The notes below the pieces were generated by a model, which saw nothing but the letters and a program-made list of their open reading frames with translations, was not told the DNA's origin and made no database searches. A DNA stretch of 64,000 nucleotides from an uncultured virus (IMG/VR IMGVR_UViG_3300022223_000003) (lineage: Duplodnaviria; Heunggongvirae; Uroviricota; Caudoviricetes), in the IMG/VR virus record IMGVR_UViG_3300022223_000003; one strand, written 5' to 3'. This document shows, piece after piece, positions 30,756 through 40,907 of this stretch. Numbering within the stretch: the stretch's first letter is position 1; each line of letters starts with the position of its first letter. Position numbers and translations under genes: made by a program.

Positions 30756-31445
30756 ATGACCCTTCCTGAAGGCGCAATCTTCGAGGACCAACCGGCAGGT
30801 GGCGTCGCTATCTACGACGTCACTGCGTTGCTTCCGAAGCACAAGAAACGTCGGTACGAGGAGCGCGACGCTGGGGGCATCGTCCGCGTCTACAACCACC
30901 ACAGCGGGGCGCTCGGCAAGAGCGGTTACGCCGGTCTTCTCGGCAGCACTCGTTACGGGATTTCCGACAAAGAGAAGATGCGCACGATTCGCGGGAAGAA
31001 GCGCAAATACATCCAGAAGGGGTGGCCAGGACAGCCGTACACCTTCTGGTACTCCTTCGAGCCCGACCGCGACGAGGAGGGCCGCATCGTCATCTACCGC
31101 GCCAACTTCGACGCGACGCGCAGCTTCCACACCGGCAAGGATGCCAACGGCCACGGCGTCGGCGTCGCGTGGCAGGGAAATCTCACGAAGCAGAAGCCCA
31201 GCGACGCGCAGATCGAGATGGCTGAAGCGCACTACCCGTGGTTCCTGGCGCGATACCCGCTCTCCGACGACAGACCGTTCAGCTACCATGCCGAGGCCGG
31301 AGACTTCGGCGGTAAACCGAAGCCGACGTGCCCGGGACCTCATGTCAAGCAGTTCGTGCGTGACTACCGCGAGCGCATGAAGTCAGTCGGTTTTGATGAG
31401 GACGAGGTCGACCCTGTGGGAGCGTCGAAACCAGGTCTGGTTTAG
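30756..31445 (+). CDS. N-acetylmuramoyl-L-alanine amidase (Amidase_2 endolysin)
   Basis: NHHS, SFHTG..AN..GVGV..QGN, YH and TCPG zinc-amidase motifs. Confidence 0.8.
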   Translation: MTLPEGAIFEDQPAGGVAIYDVTALLPKHKKRRYEERDAGGIVRVYNHHSGALGKSGYAGLLGSTRYGISDKEKMRTIRGKKRKYIQKGWPGQPYTFWYSFEPDRDEEGRIVIYRANFDATRSFHTGKDANGHGVGVAWQGNLTKQKPSDAQIEMAEAHYPWFLARYPLSDDRPFSYHAEAGDFGGKPKPTCPGPHVKQFVRDYRERMKSVGFDEDEVDPVGASKPGLV

Positions 31446-31915
31446 ACGAGGCCTCGTTGTCGCAGGATCTCGTAGCTCCGATAGAGGACCCTACGCCCGT
31501 CGTCGGTGAGCTTGTCGACGAGCGGTTCGGCGCCGGGGCTCATGGCGATCTTCCGGCCGTCCAGCGTCATGATCTCCAGCGGCCCCGAGCGGCTTCGGAG
31601 GATCTGAAGTTCGGCCATGAGCAATCCGCCGAGCCCACAACCCCGATGCAGGGGGTGCGTCCACGCCTGAACGCTCGACGCGAAGGCTATGACGCGGTCA
31701 CCGCCTCGCACCACGCCGACGGTAACAGGGCTCTTGTTCTGCTCGACGAGCGCAGCGTGTTTCGCAGGGTCGGCGTGGTAGAACCCGACGTGCAGATCGT
31801 AGTCGCCCACCGAGAAAAGCGGGTCTTGGTCGACATCGAAGGTCAAACTCCGGGCGACTCGGAGCATACGAACGTCGCTGATGGCTTCAATCCGGTTGTA
31901 GCGCAGCTCTCGCAC
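31442..31915 (-). CDS. GNAT-like protein
   Basis: WTHPLHRGCGLG acetyl-CoA-binding-like motif. Confidence 0.5.
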   Translation of the reverse strand: MRELRYNRIEAISDVRMLRVARSLTFDVDQDPLFSVGDYDLHVGFYHADPAKHAALVEQNKSPVTVGVVRGGDRVIAFASSVQAWTHPLHRGCGLGGLLMAELQILRSRSGPLEIMTLDGRKIAMSPGAEPLVDKLTDDGRRVLYRSYEILRQRGLV

Positions 31916-31919
31916 CCGT

Positions 31920-32837
31920 TCAGCTTAGCAGACCCGGGTGCACCCCCGGAAGCTCGCCGAGGCCCCTGCGGGGCCCCAGCGGCCGTCTCGGGGTGGTTTC
32001 GGGGGTCTCCGGGGCTCGATCCGGTCGATCAGGGTTACCCCTGGTGGGGCTCGGGTCGAGCCTACGGGCCAGGGGCTCGGGTTTTCCGGGGGGTACAGAT
32101 CGACCCGAGCCCCTACCTAAAAGTTGGCATGATTTTTGATCTTGCCAGGAACAAAACCCGAGCCCGCCAGAAATCAACAACGGCTAAGTAGTTGAAATCA
32201 TTGGGTTTTTCGGGATTTTGGGCCTCGACCAGAAACAAAGGTTTCCGGCAGGGGTTGACAGAACAATACCAATCATTATGTTGGGATCTGGGAGCCTGAA
32301 CTCCCGATCGGGACCCTCGGACCCGAGCCCCGCCCGTGCGGGGGCCGTGCGATCTCCATCGCGCACGGGCCGGACCCGAGCCCCGACCACGATCTTTGCA
32401 GCCCCGCGATCGAACAGACCCCGCGCACACGTGCGCGAGCGCGAGCCATGCTCGCCAGCGAGAGCGATCGAGCCGTCGGATCAACGTCATGATCCCGACA
32501 GCGCCGGAGCTGAGGACCCCTGTAACCCCGCGAGTCAACGCGGGCGGCCGTCGCCTATCTCTATCGGGGCACGGCGCCCACGGGCCGTTCACGGGGCTGC
32601 ACGTCACCCCGCGCAGGGGAGCCGAGCGCGCCGAGCGCGACGCTACAGCGCACCACGACGATCCCGCCCGTGGGACCCACGATCACGGCGCGGAATATTC
32701 CGTGGGATACCGATCCTATCCCTAATCCCTGCGCTCGCCCGGGGCTTATGCCCCGGGCGGTCGCTTGGAGCTGTCGAGAACACTCGACGGTTGCAAGCGA
32801 CCCGCGATCGGGCGGTTCGCAACAAAGGGATTGACAA
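31920..32837. other. large non-coding region between divergent genes with six ACCCGAGCCC copies
   Basis: decamer on - at 32047 and 32073, on + at 32103, 32156, 32321 and 32374; no convincing ORF. Confidence 0.65.
32255..32282 (+). promoter_or_regulatory. sigma70-like promoter with operator half-site
   Basis: TTGACA-N16-TATGTT with GAACAATACCA between the boxes. Confidence 0.6.
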
Positions 32838-33515
32838 ATGGAAAACAGGATCAAAACAGGATCGCAATACGATCGTTACTTCGCTCGCAAGTGGCTTGTG
32901 TTGTATGACGGCGGATCTGATCAGTGGCTCTATGTCGCAAAGTCCGGATCCGGAAGCACGTATGTGTTTTTGGAGATCATTGATTTAGTCGCGTACTGCG
33001 GTCGCGACGCAACGGATCAATGGTGCGCAGAAGTGGCCAGTGTCGACATAGACACTATGCCGCTAGAGCAGATCCAAGGCGCGCTGTCATACTGTGGCGT
33101 TGAGGACGATCCTCCGGACCTCAGAACCGAGTCCGGTTGCGTTGCGCTCGCCGAAATGCTCTTCTCCTACGGCGCCAAAAGCCCGTTGTGGGGGGATTGC
33201 TCCGGTAATCCGAGAGAACACGCGAGTGAGGACTCCAAAGACTTCCGCTCGCTTCGAGCGGAGGCTCGGAGGCAAGCGGAGGCGATGCTTGACGACTCCA
33301 ATCGCGATCATGTGTTGGACACAAAGATCGTGAATGGAATCGGGCAAACATCCCGCGAGTATTCGCAAGGCACTGCCGCCTTGTGGGATACGCTCCGCAA
33401 GATTCGCGACAAAGGCGACGATGCAACCCCAGAACAAAAGCTCGTACTCAAAATGTACGGCAAGTGCAATACGACGTTAGGTGCGGGACCCGTGCCGAGT
33501 GATCTACGTGATTGA
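32838..33515 (+). CDS. hypothetical protein (first gene of early-type region)
   Basis: 225 aa; AAGGGA RBS. Confidence 0.7.
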   Translation: MENRIKTGSQYDRYFARKWLVLYDGGSDQWLYVAKSGSGSTYVFLEIIDLVAYCGRDATDQWCAEVASVDIDTMPLEQIQGALSYCGVEDDPPDLRTESGCVALAEMLFSYGAKSPLWGDCSGNPREHASEDSKDFRSLRAEARRQAEAMLDDSNRDHVLDTKIVNGIGQTSREYSQGTAALWDTLRKIRDKGDDATPEQKLVLKMYGKCNTTLGAGPVPSDLRD

Positions 33516-33593
33516 GACCAGGACCCACACTCGGGGCACATGCCCCGAGTGTGGATCGTGCACTCACTCTGAGTCACGGAAAGGGATTGAAAA

Positions 33594-35204
33594 ATGGCAA
33601 ACACCACGATCGGTATGGACGAGATCAAGAACTATGAGATCAAGCTCGGCGAGCACGGCTCGATCACGTTCGAGGGCACCCAAGAGGCCATGTGGAAACA
33701 CGTTACCTCGGAGATCAACGCCCGCGGACTCGCGGACTCGGGAGTAATCCCGCACCCCCGTGTGATCGAGCCCGAGCGCGCCCCGGAACCGGCCCCGGAG
33801 CCCATCACGACCCCGGAACCGGTCTCGCCCCCCGTTACCCACCGTGAGGCCGTGAGCGCCGGTGTGGACGCGGAGGGCGCGGCCCGGAGCACGACGGATC
33901 TGCTGGCGCTACAGGCCAGCGGGTTTGCCCCGGCGCGACCCTACTTTGATCGCGGTACCCCCGTGATCGGAATGGGTGTCGATAACGCCAGGGCGAGCGC
34001 TCGGGAGCACGAAGCCAAACCCCGCGTGGGTGAGGCCGTGCAGGCATTTGTCGATCACGTCGCGTCGGAAAATCGGAGGGACGTGGTCTACCCGCTGTCG
34101 CGGCTACTCATGCGGAGCACGGGCCAGCTTTCGGGCGATAACCCGGCCGGTTGGACCGTCGAACCGCAAGCACTCCCGCAACTCGCCTCGCGTCTCGGAA
34201 TCGAGCAACCCTCGTTTCTGAATCACGTCTGGCCCGATCTGCGGGCGCAGGTGTGGAATCAACACATTGCGACGGCCGTGCGCCACCCCAAGTCGACGTG
34301 CCCCGAGACCCACCCCGCCTACGGGCGGTTGGGCGCTCGGGCCGATAACCAGGTCATGTGCAGGTTGCGCGACGACACCAACGGCGATCCGTCGCTGTGG
34401 GCAGCTCTGTCGGAGCGATACACGCCTTTTGACGTGGATCGAATCGCACAAGCATTGGAGATCGGGATGCGTGGCCAACCCGACGCGCGTTGCGAGATCC
34501 AGTATGATGGAACCGGAGCGACATTCGACGTGCTGTTTCACAGCGACGTCGAGCCGGCGCGCTACGTGGCGGGCGAGTTTTTCAAAGTGGGTCTTCGGGT
34601 GCGTACTTCGGACTCGGGTGGCGGCTCGGTCAACATTGGGTTGTTGGCCTACCAGAACCTTTGCTTGAACTTGATCTGCATCGACGTCGGCGAATACCAG
34701 CTCGATCGGCTGCGCCACATGGGCGACGTCGACAAGCTGGCCGATCGGTTTCGCAAGGCGATCGAGACGGGTAACTCCAAACTCTCACACTTCCTGCGAG
34801 CTTGGGGTTACGCGACGGATGCAGCGCTGTGCGAGAGCACGAGCGACGGGTACCGACCCACGGAAGCGTTGCGATTGCTCGACGAAATGGAGACTGAGAC
34901 GATTTCCGAGGCCGATCTGCTTACGGGGATCTTCACGGGGCTCGCGAAGAGCAAGCAAGTAAACCTCGGCAAGCGAGATTTGCCGGGGCTTGTCGCCGCA
35001 CACGCTCGCGATACGTCGGGTGCAGTGCAGGTTGCCCCGGTAACCCGGGCGAGCATTGTCAACGCGATCACGCGCCACGCGCACGAGCATGTGGGTCGTA
35101 CCGACCCACAACGCCAAGCGGAGCTCGAACGCGAGGCCGGCGCACTGATCGCCAAACCCTTGGCGTTGCCGTTCATGCCCCCGCGTGAGACGGTTGCAGT
35201 CTGA
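33594..35204 (+). CDS. DUF932-family-like protein
   Basis: LSERYTPFD, GLRVRTSDSGGGS and YQNLCLN...RHMG motifs. Confidence 0.7.
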   Translation: MANTTIGMDEIKNYEIKLGEHGSITFEGTQEAMWKHVTSEINARGLADSGVIPHPRVIEPERAPEPAPEPITTPEPVSPPVTHREAVSAGVDAEGAARSTTDLLALQASGFAPARPYFDRGTPVIGMGVDNARASAREHEAKPRVGEAVQAFVDHVASENRRDVVYPLSRLLMRSTGQLSGDNPAGWTVEPQALPQLASRLGIEQPSFLNHVWPDLRAQVWNQHIATAVRHPKSTCPETHPAYGRLGARADNQVMCRLRDDTNGDPSLWAALSERYTPFDVDRIAQALEIGMRGQPDARCEIQYDGTGATFDVLFHSDVEPARYVAGEFFKVGLRVRTSDSGGGSVNIGLLAYQNLCLNLICIDVGEYQLDRLRHMGDVDKLADRFRKAIETGNSKLSHFLRAWGYATDAALCESTSDGYRPTEALRLLDEMETETISEADLLTGIFTGLAKSKQVNLGKRDLPGLVAAHARDTSGAVQVAPVTRASIVNAITRHAHEHVGRTDPQRQAELEREAGALIAKPLALPFMPPRETVAV

Positions 35205-35224
35205 TCGTTTCGTCCATATCCACG

Positions 35225-35270
35225 GCCCCCGTACCAGGCTCGCCCGTCTGGTACGGGGGCTTTTTTGTTT
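35225..35270 (+). terminator. intrinsic terminator
   Basis: GCCCCCGTACCAGGC / GTCTGGTACGGGGGC stem followed by TTTTTTGTTT. Confidence 0.85.
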
Positions 35271-35395
35271 CTAAGGTTGTGAGGTGTCGGGATCACGAGA
35301 CGGCGCAGCGGCATTGCGATCATACCTAGTCAATCCCTTACTAGTCCGCCGCTGCGCCGTCTCGTGCTACCGACAACACGAAGGGAGACAAAGGT

Positions 35396-35605
35396 ATGGA
35401 TAGATGGCAGGCGTTATGGGAGTTGGGCACCGACGAGGATCCGATCCAAATCGAGACCACCGACGATCCAAACTACGTGATCGTGAACTATTGCGACGGC
35501 AGCAAAGGCGCTCTTAGTTGGGATCACGACACCAAAAGCTGGCGTTCTGTTGAAGGATATTCGACGGACGCCGCAACAGCTACCGGCATGTACGACGGCT
35601 GGTGA
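35396..35605 (+). CDS. hypothetical protein
   Basis: RBS plus ATG; stop lies inside a hairpin element. Confidence 0.6.
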   Translation: MDRWQALWELGTDEDPIQIETTDDPNYVIVNYCDGSKGALSWDHDTKSWRSVEGYSTDAATATGMYDGW

Positions 35606-35682
35606 GACCAGGACCCACGATCGGAGCTACGGCTCCGACCGTGGATCGTGCGCTCACGCACGAAGGGACCAAAGGAATAGGT

Positions 35683-36024
35683 ATGGACACGCAACAGCAA
35701 GAAACAGAGCGCGACGAAGCTCGTGCGCTCGAAACCATCTACAACCGGGTCTACAACCGACAACCGACCTACAACCGGGAAACGGGCCGTGTCAACGAGC
35801 GCGGGATCTTGACGCAAGAACGCTTGCGATCGATCTACGCGGTAGCGCGTCTACTCGGGGGTAAATCGCTCGCATCGTTCCGGCGTTCGCTCGAAACGGT
35901 CGATCGGTACGAGGCGATCTTGTATCCAGACGGCGCCGATCTATCGTTGTGCTGGGAAGGTGCAGGCATGTTCGGTGGATTCATCTTCCACCAGTACACG
36001 CGAGAGTGGTCGATCCACACGTGA
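35683..36024 (+). CDS. hypothetical protein
   Basis: AAAGGA RBS; bounded by hairpin elements. Confidence 0.65.
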   Translation: MDTQQQETERDEARALETIYNRVYNRQPTYNRETGRVNERGILTQERLRSIYAVARLLGGKSLASFRRSLETVDRYEAILYPDGADLSLCWEGAGMFGGFIFHQYTREWSIHT

Positions 36025-36102
36025 GACTACGACCCACGATCGGAGCTACGGCTCCGACCGTGGATCGTGCGCTCACGCACGAAGGGATGAAAGGAAACAG
36101 GT

Positions 36103-36333
36103 ATGAAGTTTGTATTAGTCACACCGGGTACGCCCGTGTTCATCGAGGATGACGGTACCCCCAGTACCGGCGGTGTTTTTGGTGGCACTGTCACGGATGA
36201 AAACGCTTACATACGAATCTACGGGGTGTTTGACGGCAAAATGCCGATCGAGCTGCGAGTGGGTGAGCGGACGTTGGGTGTTTACAGGTTGAGCGGCCAA
36301 CGAGGCGAGTACGAAGTGGTGCGCGTCGCATGA
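36103..36333 (+). CDS. hypothetical protein
   Basis: AAAGGA RBS after hairpin element. Confidence 0.6.
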   Translation: MKFVLVTPGTPVFIEDDGTPSTGGVFGGTVTDENAYIRIYGVFDGKMPIELRVGERTLGVYRLSGQRGEYEVVRVA

Positions 36334-36633
36334 AAACGAAGGTGAGGAGGGTATAACCGTGGGTGACGTCGAGCATGTAATCCAGGCTATTCGTAGAGAG
36401 TTTGAACTACGGAAGTCTTGGGAAGAGGCCGCTAGGGTTGTGAAAACACGCGATCACAAACGGTGTGTACGTGTGATGGAAACAATCGGATCGTGGCCTA
36501 GCTCCGAGCTGGAGCTAGCCGCGCTTCAATCCGTGTGGCCGTGAGATCAGGACCCACGGTCGGAGCAAAAGCACCGACCGTGGATCGTGCGCTCATCGTG
36601 AGGCACGCGAAAAGGGAAAAGGAAACAGGGAAA

Positions 36634-36966
36634 ATGGAAACAGAAACACATACGCTCACACGCGACGGGGCACCAGACGTGCGTTTTCGTGGCGCGAAAC
36701 TAGCGGCGGTTTCGTCCTTCAACCACCGAAACAACAACACGCGCTGGACCGAGATCAACATCTACCAAACCTCCCTGCGCGGTCAATACCTCGTGCAAGT
36801 GGTGGGACGGACGCAATGGGTGAATGAGTCCAACCGGTTCGCGGTGCATGTCTGCAAAGACGAGAACGCGGTAATCGAAGCGCTCACCGTCGACGGCTAC
36901 TTGAGCGACCTCGCAAAAGAGGCGCTCGACGACGCTGGGATCGAGTGCGTTGAAATCGTGAAGTGA
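36634..36966 (+). CDS. hypothetical protein
   Basis: bounded by hairpin elements. Confidence 0.65.
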   Translation: METETHTLTRDGAPDVRFRGAKLAAVSSFNHRNNNTRWTEINIYQTSLRGQYLVQVVGRTQWVNESNRFAVHVCKDENAVIEALTVDGYLSDLAKEALDDAGIECVEIVK

Positions 36967-37043
36967 GGCCAGGACCCGTACCCGGAGCAGTGCTCCGGGT
37001 GCGGATCGTGCACTCACGCACGAAGGGATGAAAGGAAACAGGT

Positions 37044-37661
37044 ATGGAAACACCAGCACAACGAGAAGCCAAACAGGTTCACGATCTGGCGCGTAGTGTC
37101 GCCGAGCACCTAGACGGTTGGCGCTATGATGCCGAGCGCGGGCGCGACCGTGACGACAGCTCGCTTTTGTGGTGCGCGTATCTCACCGATGGCGAGCGAT
37201 CGATCGTCGTCGATATGTGCCACTACGGAAGCAAAGCAGGAACGGTTGAGTTTCGAGCCGAGCTGCCGCGTAGGACCAAACGCGGTAAATGGATCGAAAT
37301 CGGCGTGGAGACGCCCAGCATTCGTTGCAACAGGTCGCGAGACCCGAAAGCGATCGCGAAGGACGTCAACCGCCGCTTGCTTCCGGGTCTCGCCGAGGCC
37401 CACGACAAAGCAGTTGCAGCCGTCGCGCAACACGACGCATACGACGCGCAGGAAGACGCAACCCGCGCCAAGCTCACGTCCAGCCCGCACTTCGGTACGG
37501 GCAGCCGTGACAACACCTTGTATTTCCACAACAGCAAGATCGAGGCCTGTGGAGACGCTACGCTTGAGGGCGGTGGCACATGTCGAATCAAGCTGTCTAG
37601 GTTGACCGCCGAGCAAGTGATCGCGATTCTGGATCTGGTGGTCGACACCAGCAAGCAGTGA
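37044..37661 (+). CDS. hypothetical protein
   Basis: bounded by hairpin elements. Confidence 0.7.
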   Translation: METPAQREAKQVHDLARSVAEHLDGWRYDAERGRDRDDSSLLWCAYLTDGERSIVVDMCHYGSKAGTVEFRAELPRRTKRGKWIEIGVETPSIRCNRSRDPKAIAKDVNRRLLPGLAEAHDKAVAAVAQHDAYDAQEDATRAKLTSSPHFGTGSRDNTLYFHNSKIEACGDATLEGGGTCRIKLSRLTAEQVIAILDLVVDTSKQ

Positions 37662-37739
37662 GCCCAAGACCCACGGCCGGGGTAGATGCCCCGGCCGTGG
37701 ATCGTGCGCTCACGCACGAGGGAAAATGAAAGGACCGAT

Positions 37740-38096
37740 ATGTCAAACAAGAAGAAGAGCACAAACAACGTGGTGCCCATCGTCGACGAGGAGATCGCCC
37801 CTCACGAGGCTTTCGTCGGCGACCCCGAACACATCGTCGGTGACGATCACCTGATTCGTGGGTGCGACGGCGAGCAGCACTACGTCTACCTCGCAACGCG
37901 AGGCCCCAAAACCAAGCGTTTCAAGGTGGTCGAGATCTACCCGGCGACCCTGAAGAAAGAGACAGACTTGCGCGAGGGCTGTGAACCGGGAGATCTTCTC
38001 GTGGGCAAGCGTTTCGTGGACATGGACGAGGTCCAGGCGCACATCCATGACCTGCTTCTGGGCGATCTGGAGCTGGACACGGCCGCGTCCGGCTGA
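37740..38096 (+). CDS. hypothetical protein
   Basis: AAAGGA RBS after hairpin element. Confidence 0.65.
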   Translation: MSNKKKSTNNVVPIVDEEIAPHEAFVGDPEHIVGDDHLIRGCDGEQHYVYLATRGPKTKRFKVVEIYPATLKKETDLREGCEPGDLLVGKRFVDMDEVQAHIHDLLLGDLELDTAASG

Positions 38097-38192
38097 CCGG
38101 CCCGCACGAGGGTTGGACCGGACCCTGCGAACGTGGTATTGTTCGCAGGGTCCGATCGTACACTCGTGCACAGGGAGAAAGGACACAGGCTT

Positions 38193-39080
38193 ATGAAAGA
38201 AGCGTTTACCGCTTGGCGACCCCGCGAAGACACCATCGTGAGAGTCGTGCAGTGCGCGAAGATCATCGAGGAGTATCAGGCTCAAGGTCTCGTGCTCACG
38301 TTACGCCAGCTCTTCTACCAGCTCGTGTCTCGGGATCTCATCTCGAACACTGAGCGCAGCTACAAGACGCTGGGGACCATCGTTGGCAAAGCCAGGATGG
38401 CCGGGTACCTCGATTGGGATGCCATCGAGGACCGAGGTCGGCGCCCCGACACCCCGAACCAGTTTACCGGGCTCGACCATCTTGTAGAGGTCGCACTCCG
38501 GGCCTACCGCCTTGATCGCTGGAAGGGCCAAGAAACCTATACCGAGCTGTGGGTCGAGAAATCCGCCCTTGCGGGTGTGCTCGAACCGATGGCCTCGCGC
38601 TACCACGTCACACTGATGGTCAACAAAGGCTACAGCTCGCTTTCGGCGATGTACGAGAGCGCTCAACGCATCGTGCGCAACGCCGAGGACAAAGACGGCG
38701 CTGTGATCTTCTATCTGGGCGACCACGACCCTTCGGGCAACGATATGGTTCGGGACATCCGAGACCGTCTAAACACGTTCGCGTTCGACAAGATGGCTTG
38801 CGACATCGAGGTCAAGAAAATCGCTCTGACCATGGACCAGATCGAGGAGTACAACCCTCCGCCCAACCCCACCAAGCTCACCGACTCTCGGGCCCTGGAT
38901 TACATCCGGAAGTACGGTCGCGAGTGTTGGGAGGTTGACGCGCTCGATCCGGCAACCCTTCAAGCCATCATCGCAGATGCGCTGGAAAGCGTTGTCGACA
39001 TGGATCTCATGGAAGAGATCAAAGAGCAGGAAGAGCGCGACAAGAAAAGGTTGCGCAGAACCGTGAAGGAGCTGAGCTGA
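38193..39080 (+). CDS. Toprim-domain protein (topoisomerase VI-A/JetD-like)
   Basis: TLRQLFYQLV, ELWVEK, YLGDHDPSG.DM and WEVDAL motifs. Confidence 0.8.
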   Translation: MKEAFTAWRPREDTIVRVVQCAKIIEEYQAQGLVLTLRQLFYQLVSRDLISNTERSYKTLGTIVGKARMAGYLDWDAIEDRGRRPDTPNQFTGLDHLVEVALRAYRLDRWKGQETYTELWVEKSALAGVLEPMASRYHVTLMVNKGYSSLSAMYESAQRIVRNAEDKDGAVIFYLGDHDPSGNDMVRDIRDRLNTFAFDKMACDIEVKKIALTMDQIEEYNPPPNPTKLTDSRALDYIRKYGRECWEVDALDPATLQAIIADALESVVDMDLMEEIKEQEERDKKRLRRTVKELS

Positions 39081-39083
39081 TTG

Positions 39084-39761
39084 ATGCGACAACTGAAACA
39101 CCTTTTGCTTCTGGTGCTCGTGGCGTGCAGCTCCGAGGATTCGATGGTTCGAGTCCCTGACACTGATCGAACAAGATCGGTCCAGGTGCTCGGAGACACC
39201 GACCGCGACGTAGGCCGACTTGTTGCACCCGTCGACGACTCGGGTGCTGCGCTCGAAGACGCGAGCGTCGAGGCCGCGGATGACTTCGTACCCGATGCGG
39301 GTGTACTGGAACTTCTTGACGCTGCGACGAACGTCGACGCGATCGACGAGCAGCTCGCGGAGTTCTGCGCGCCGTTCGTAGGCGAGTGGGAGTGGATCAT
39401 GGGGTCCGGGATTACGCAATGTGACGGGTCACCCCCCGATCCGGACACAATCGCGGGGATGTTGGTGTGCAATCCGTATTGCACATGGGATGAAAACCTG
39501 TGGATTTCCGATACCTGCGACGTGTTCGCCGAGGACGAGCTGACACAGGAGCGGACCCTCGTCTATACCGGAGCGCGCCTCGAAGGCAGCGTGTTGCATC
39601 TGCGCAGCGCCCAGCAGGATGACCCCGAGGCGAAGCTGATCGAAATGGAGAATCGAGGCGAGGAAACCTTGGGGCAGTTTCTCGGCACGTATACGCGACC
39701 CAACAGCGACTGCCCGGATCAGGTTCTGTCGCTGCAAGTACGTCGGATCGAGGAGCCGTGA
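39084..39761 (+). CDS. putative lipoprotein
   Basis: signal peptide with LVAC lipobox. Confidence 0.65.
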   Translation: MRQLKHLLLLVLVACSSEDSMVRVPDTDRTRSVQVLGDTDRDVGRLVAPVDDSGAALEDASVEAADDFVPDAGVLELLDAATNVDAIDEQLAEFCAPFVGEWEWIMGSGITQCDGSPPDPDTIAGMLVCNPYCTWDENLWISDTCDVFAEDELTQERTLVYTGARLEGSVLHLRSAQQDDPEAKLIEMENRGEETLGQFLGTYTRPNSDCPDQVLSLQVRRIEEP

Positions 39762-40075
39762 TGAATGAGTTAGACACTCTGGCCTTCAAGCAGCTTCGAT
39801 GCCCGAGCTGCGGTCTCACCGACGTCGAGGTCTCGCTCTTCCGAGAGCGCTTCAAGTACGGCGACGAACGCGAGCCCGACAAACAGGTAGAGCTGAACAC
39901 AATCGTGCTCGTGCAGCACTGCAAGAGCTGCGACACGACCTGGACCGATGAAGCAGCATCGGCTGCGAGAGACGCAACCGTGACGATCCATCTGATGGAG
40001 CGCACTCTCACCAACATCGAGACCTTGTTGACCGATCATCTGACGGGACGCACTCCCACCGACACCAAGGGTTGA
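39758..40075 (+). CDS. Zn-ribbon protein
   Basis: CPSC...CKSC. Confidence 0.6.
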   Translation: MMNELDTLAFKQLRCPSCGLTDVEVSLFRERFKYGDEREPDKQVELNTIVLVQHCKSCDTTWTDEAASAARDATVTIHLMERTLTNIETLLTDHLTGRTPTDTKG

Positions 40076-40325
40076 AATGACCGTCGACGAAGCCATCGAG
40101 AAAGCTGAGTGGGTTCGGATCAAGAACGACCCCGGGTCCGTGAACGCGGAGTTCTACCAGGGCGCCACGAAGGGGGGTTGGGTCCTCAATGCCGCCGTAT
40201 TCGACATCGAGGATCAGGGCTTCCCGAAGGGCACCAGAGGCTACGACGGGGCTGTTGCGCTACCGGATGGTATATGGTGCGTCTGACCCGAGAGCAGGCT
40301 GAGAAGGCCGTCAAGGCGGCGGGAG

Positions 40326-40877
40326 GTGAATAACATGTACTACTCACAGGCGCTCGATTCACTGTTCCGGGAGTTCCCTGATGCAAGATTCGTTGAGAAG
40401 AAATCGAGTTTCTTCATGCGTGTGATCGACGTGTGTTTGCGGATCATCACCCTCGGCGCCATGCGACGGTTCATGACCAACTTCGTGACAGTTGTCGGCA
40501 GCACCGTCTACTTGCCGACGAGCTGGGATGAACGCACCCCCACTCAGAAAGCTGTTTCGATCCACCACGAAATGGTGCATCTACGTCAACGTCGACGCTA
40601 CGGTGGTTTCTTCTTCACGTTGCGGTATCTGTGTTGGCCTCTGCCGACCATCTACGCTTTGGGTAGGCTCCGGCTGGAGCAAGAGGCCTACGAAGAGACG
40701 TTGCGAACGTGGGTGAGATTTCGCGGCCAAACGGTACTCGAAGACGCCGATCTCAGAGAGCATATCGTCTCGCATTTCACCAGCGCGTCGTATTTCTGGA
40801 CATACCCTTTCAAGAGGGAGCTAGAAGTCTGGTACAACCAGACAGTAAAAAAGCTGAAAACTGAAATAAAGGTTTGA
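40326..40877 (+). CDS. HExxH zinc-metallopeptidase-like protein
   Basis: HEMVHLRQ followed by EQEAY. Confidence 0.65.
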   Translation: MNNMYYSQALDSLFREFPDARFVEKKSSFFMRVIDVCLRIITLGAMRRFMTNFVTVVGSTVYLPTSWDERTPTQKAVSIHHEMVHLRQRRRYGGFFFTLRYLCWPLPTIYALGRLRLEQEAYEETLRTWVRFRGQTVLEDADLREHIVSHFTSASYFWTYPFKRELEVWYNQTVKKLKTEIKV

Positions 40878-40901
40878 CAGACAATATCAGTGTGGTATTG
40901 T
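40874..40901 (+). promoter_or_regulatory. promoter of the tracrRNA/cas12 unit with palindromic operator
   Basis: TTGACA-N16-TATTGT with extended -10 TG; ACAATATCA-N3-TGGTATTGT inverted repeat. Confidence 0.7.
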
Positions 40902-40907
40902 TCAAAC

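Larger units (their letters stand above)
33513..38170 (+). repeat. dispersed 53-54 bp intergenic hairpin element TGAG...GACCC[stem-loop]GGATCGTGCRCTCA, 6 copies plus 1 variant
   Basis: copies at 33513-33566, 35603-35656, 36022-36075, 36542-36595, 36964-37016 and 37659-37712; variant 38104-38167. Confidence 0.92.

Noticed and set aside
32218..32988. 256-aa ORF in the 32-kb intergenic region
   Set aside because: Arg/Pro/Ala-rich composition typical of non-coding GC-rich DNA; overlaps promoter, repeats and hairpins
33513..37712. Early-region repeats as a second CRISPR array or as terminators
   Set aside because: They are separated by whole genes of variable length and lack U tracts; reported as a hairpin element instead
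33513..37712. Canonical integron attC sites
   Set aside because: No RYYYAAC/GTTRRRY core boxes and no intact integron integrase in the window
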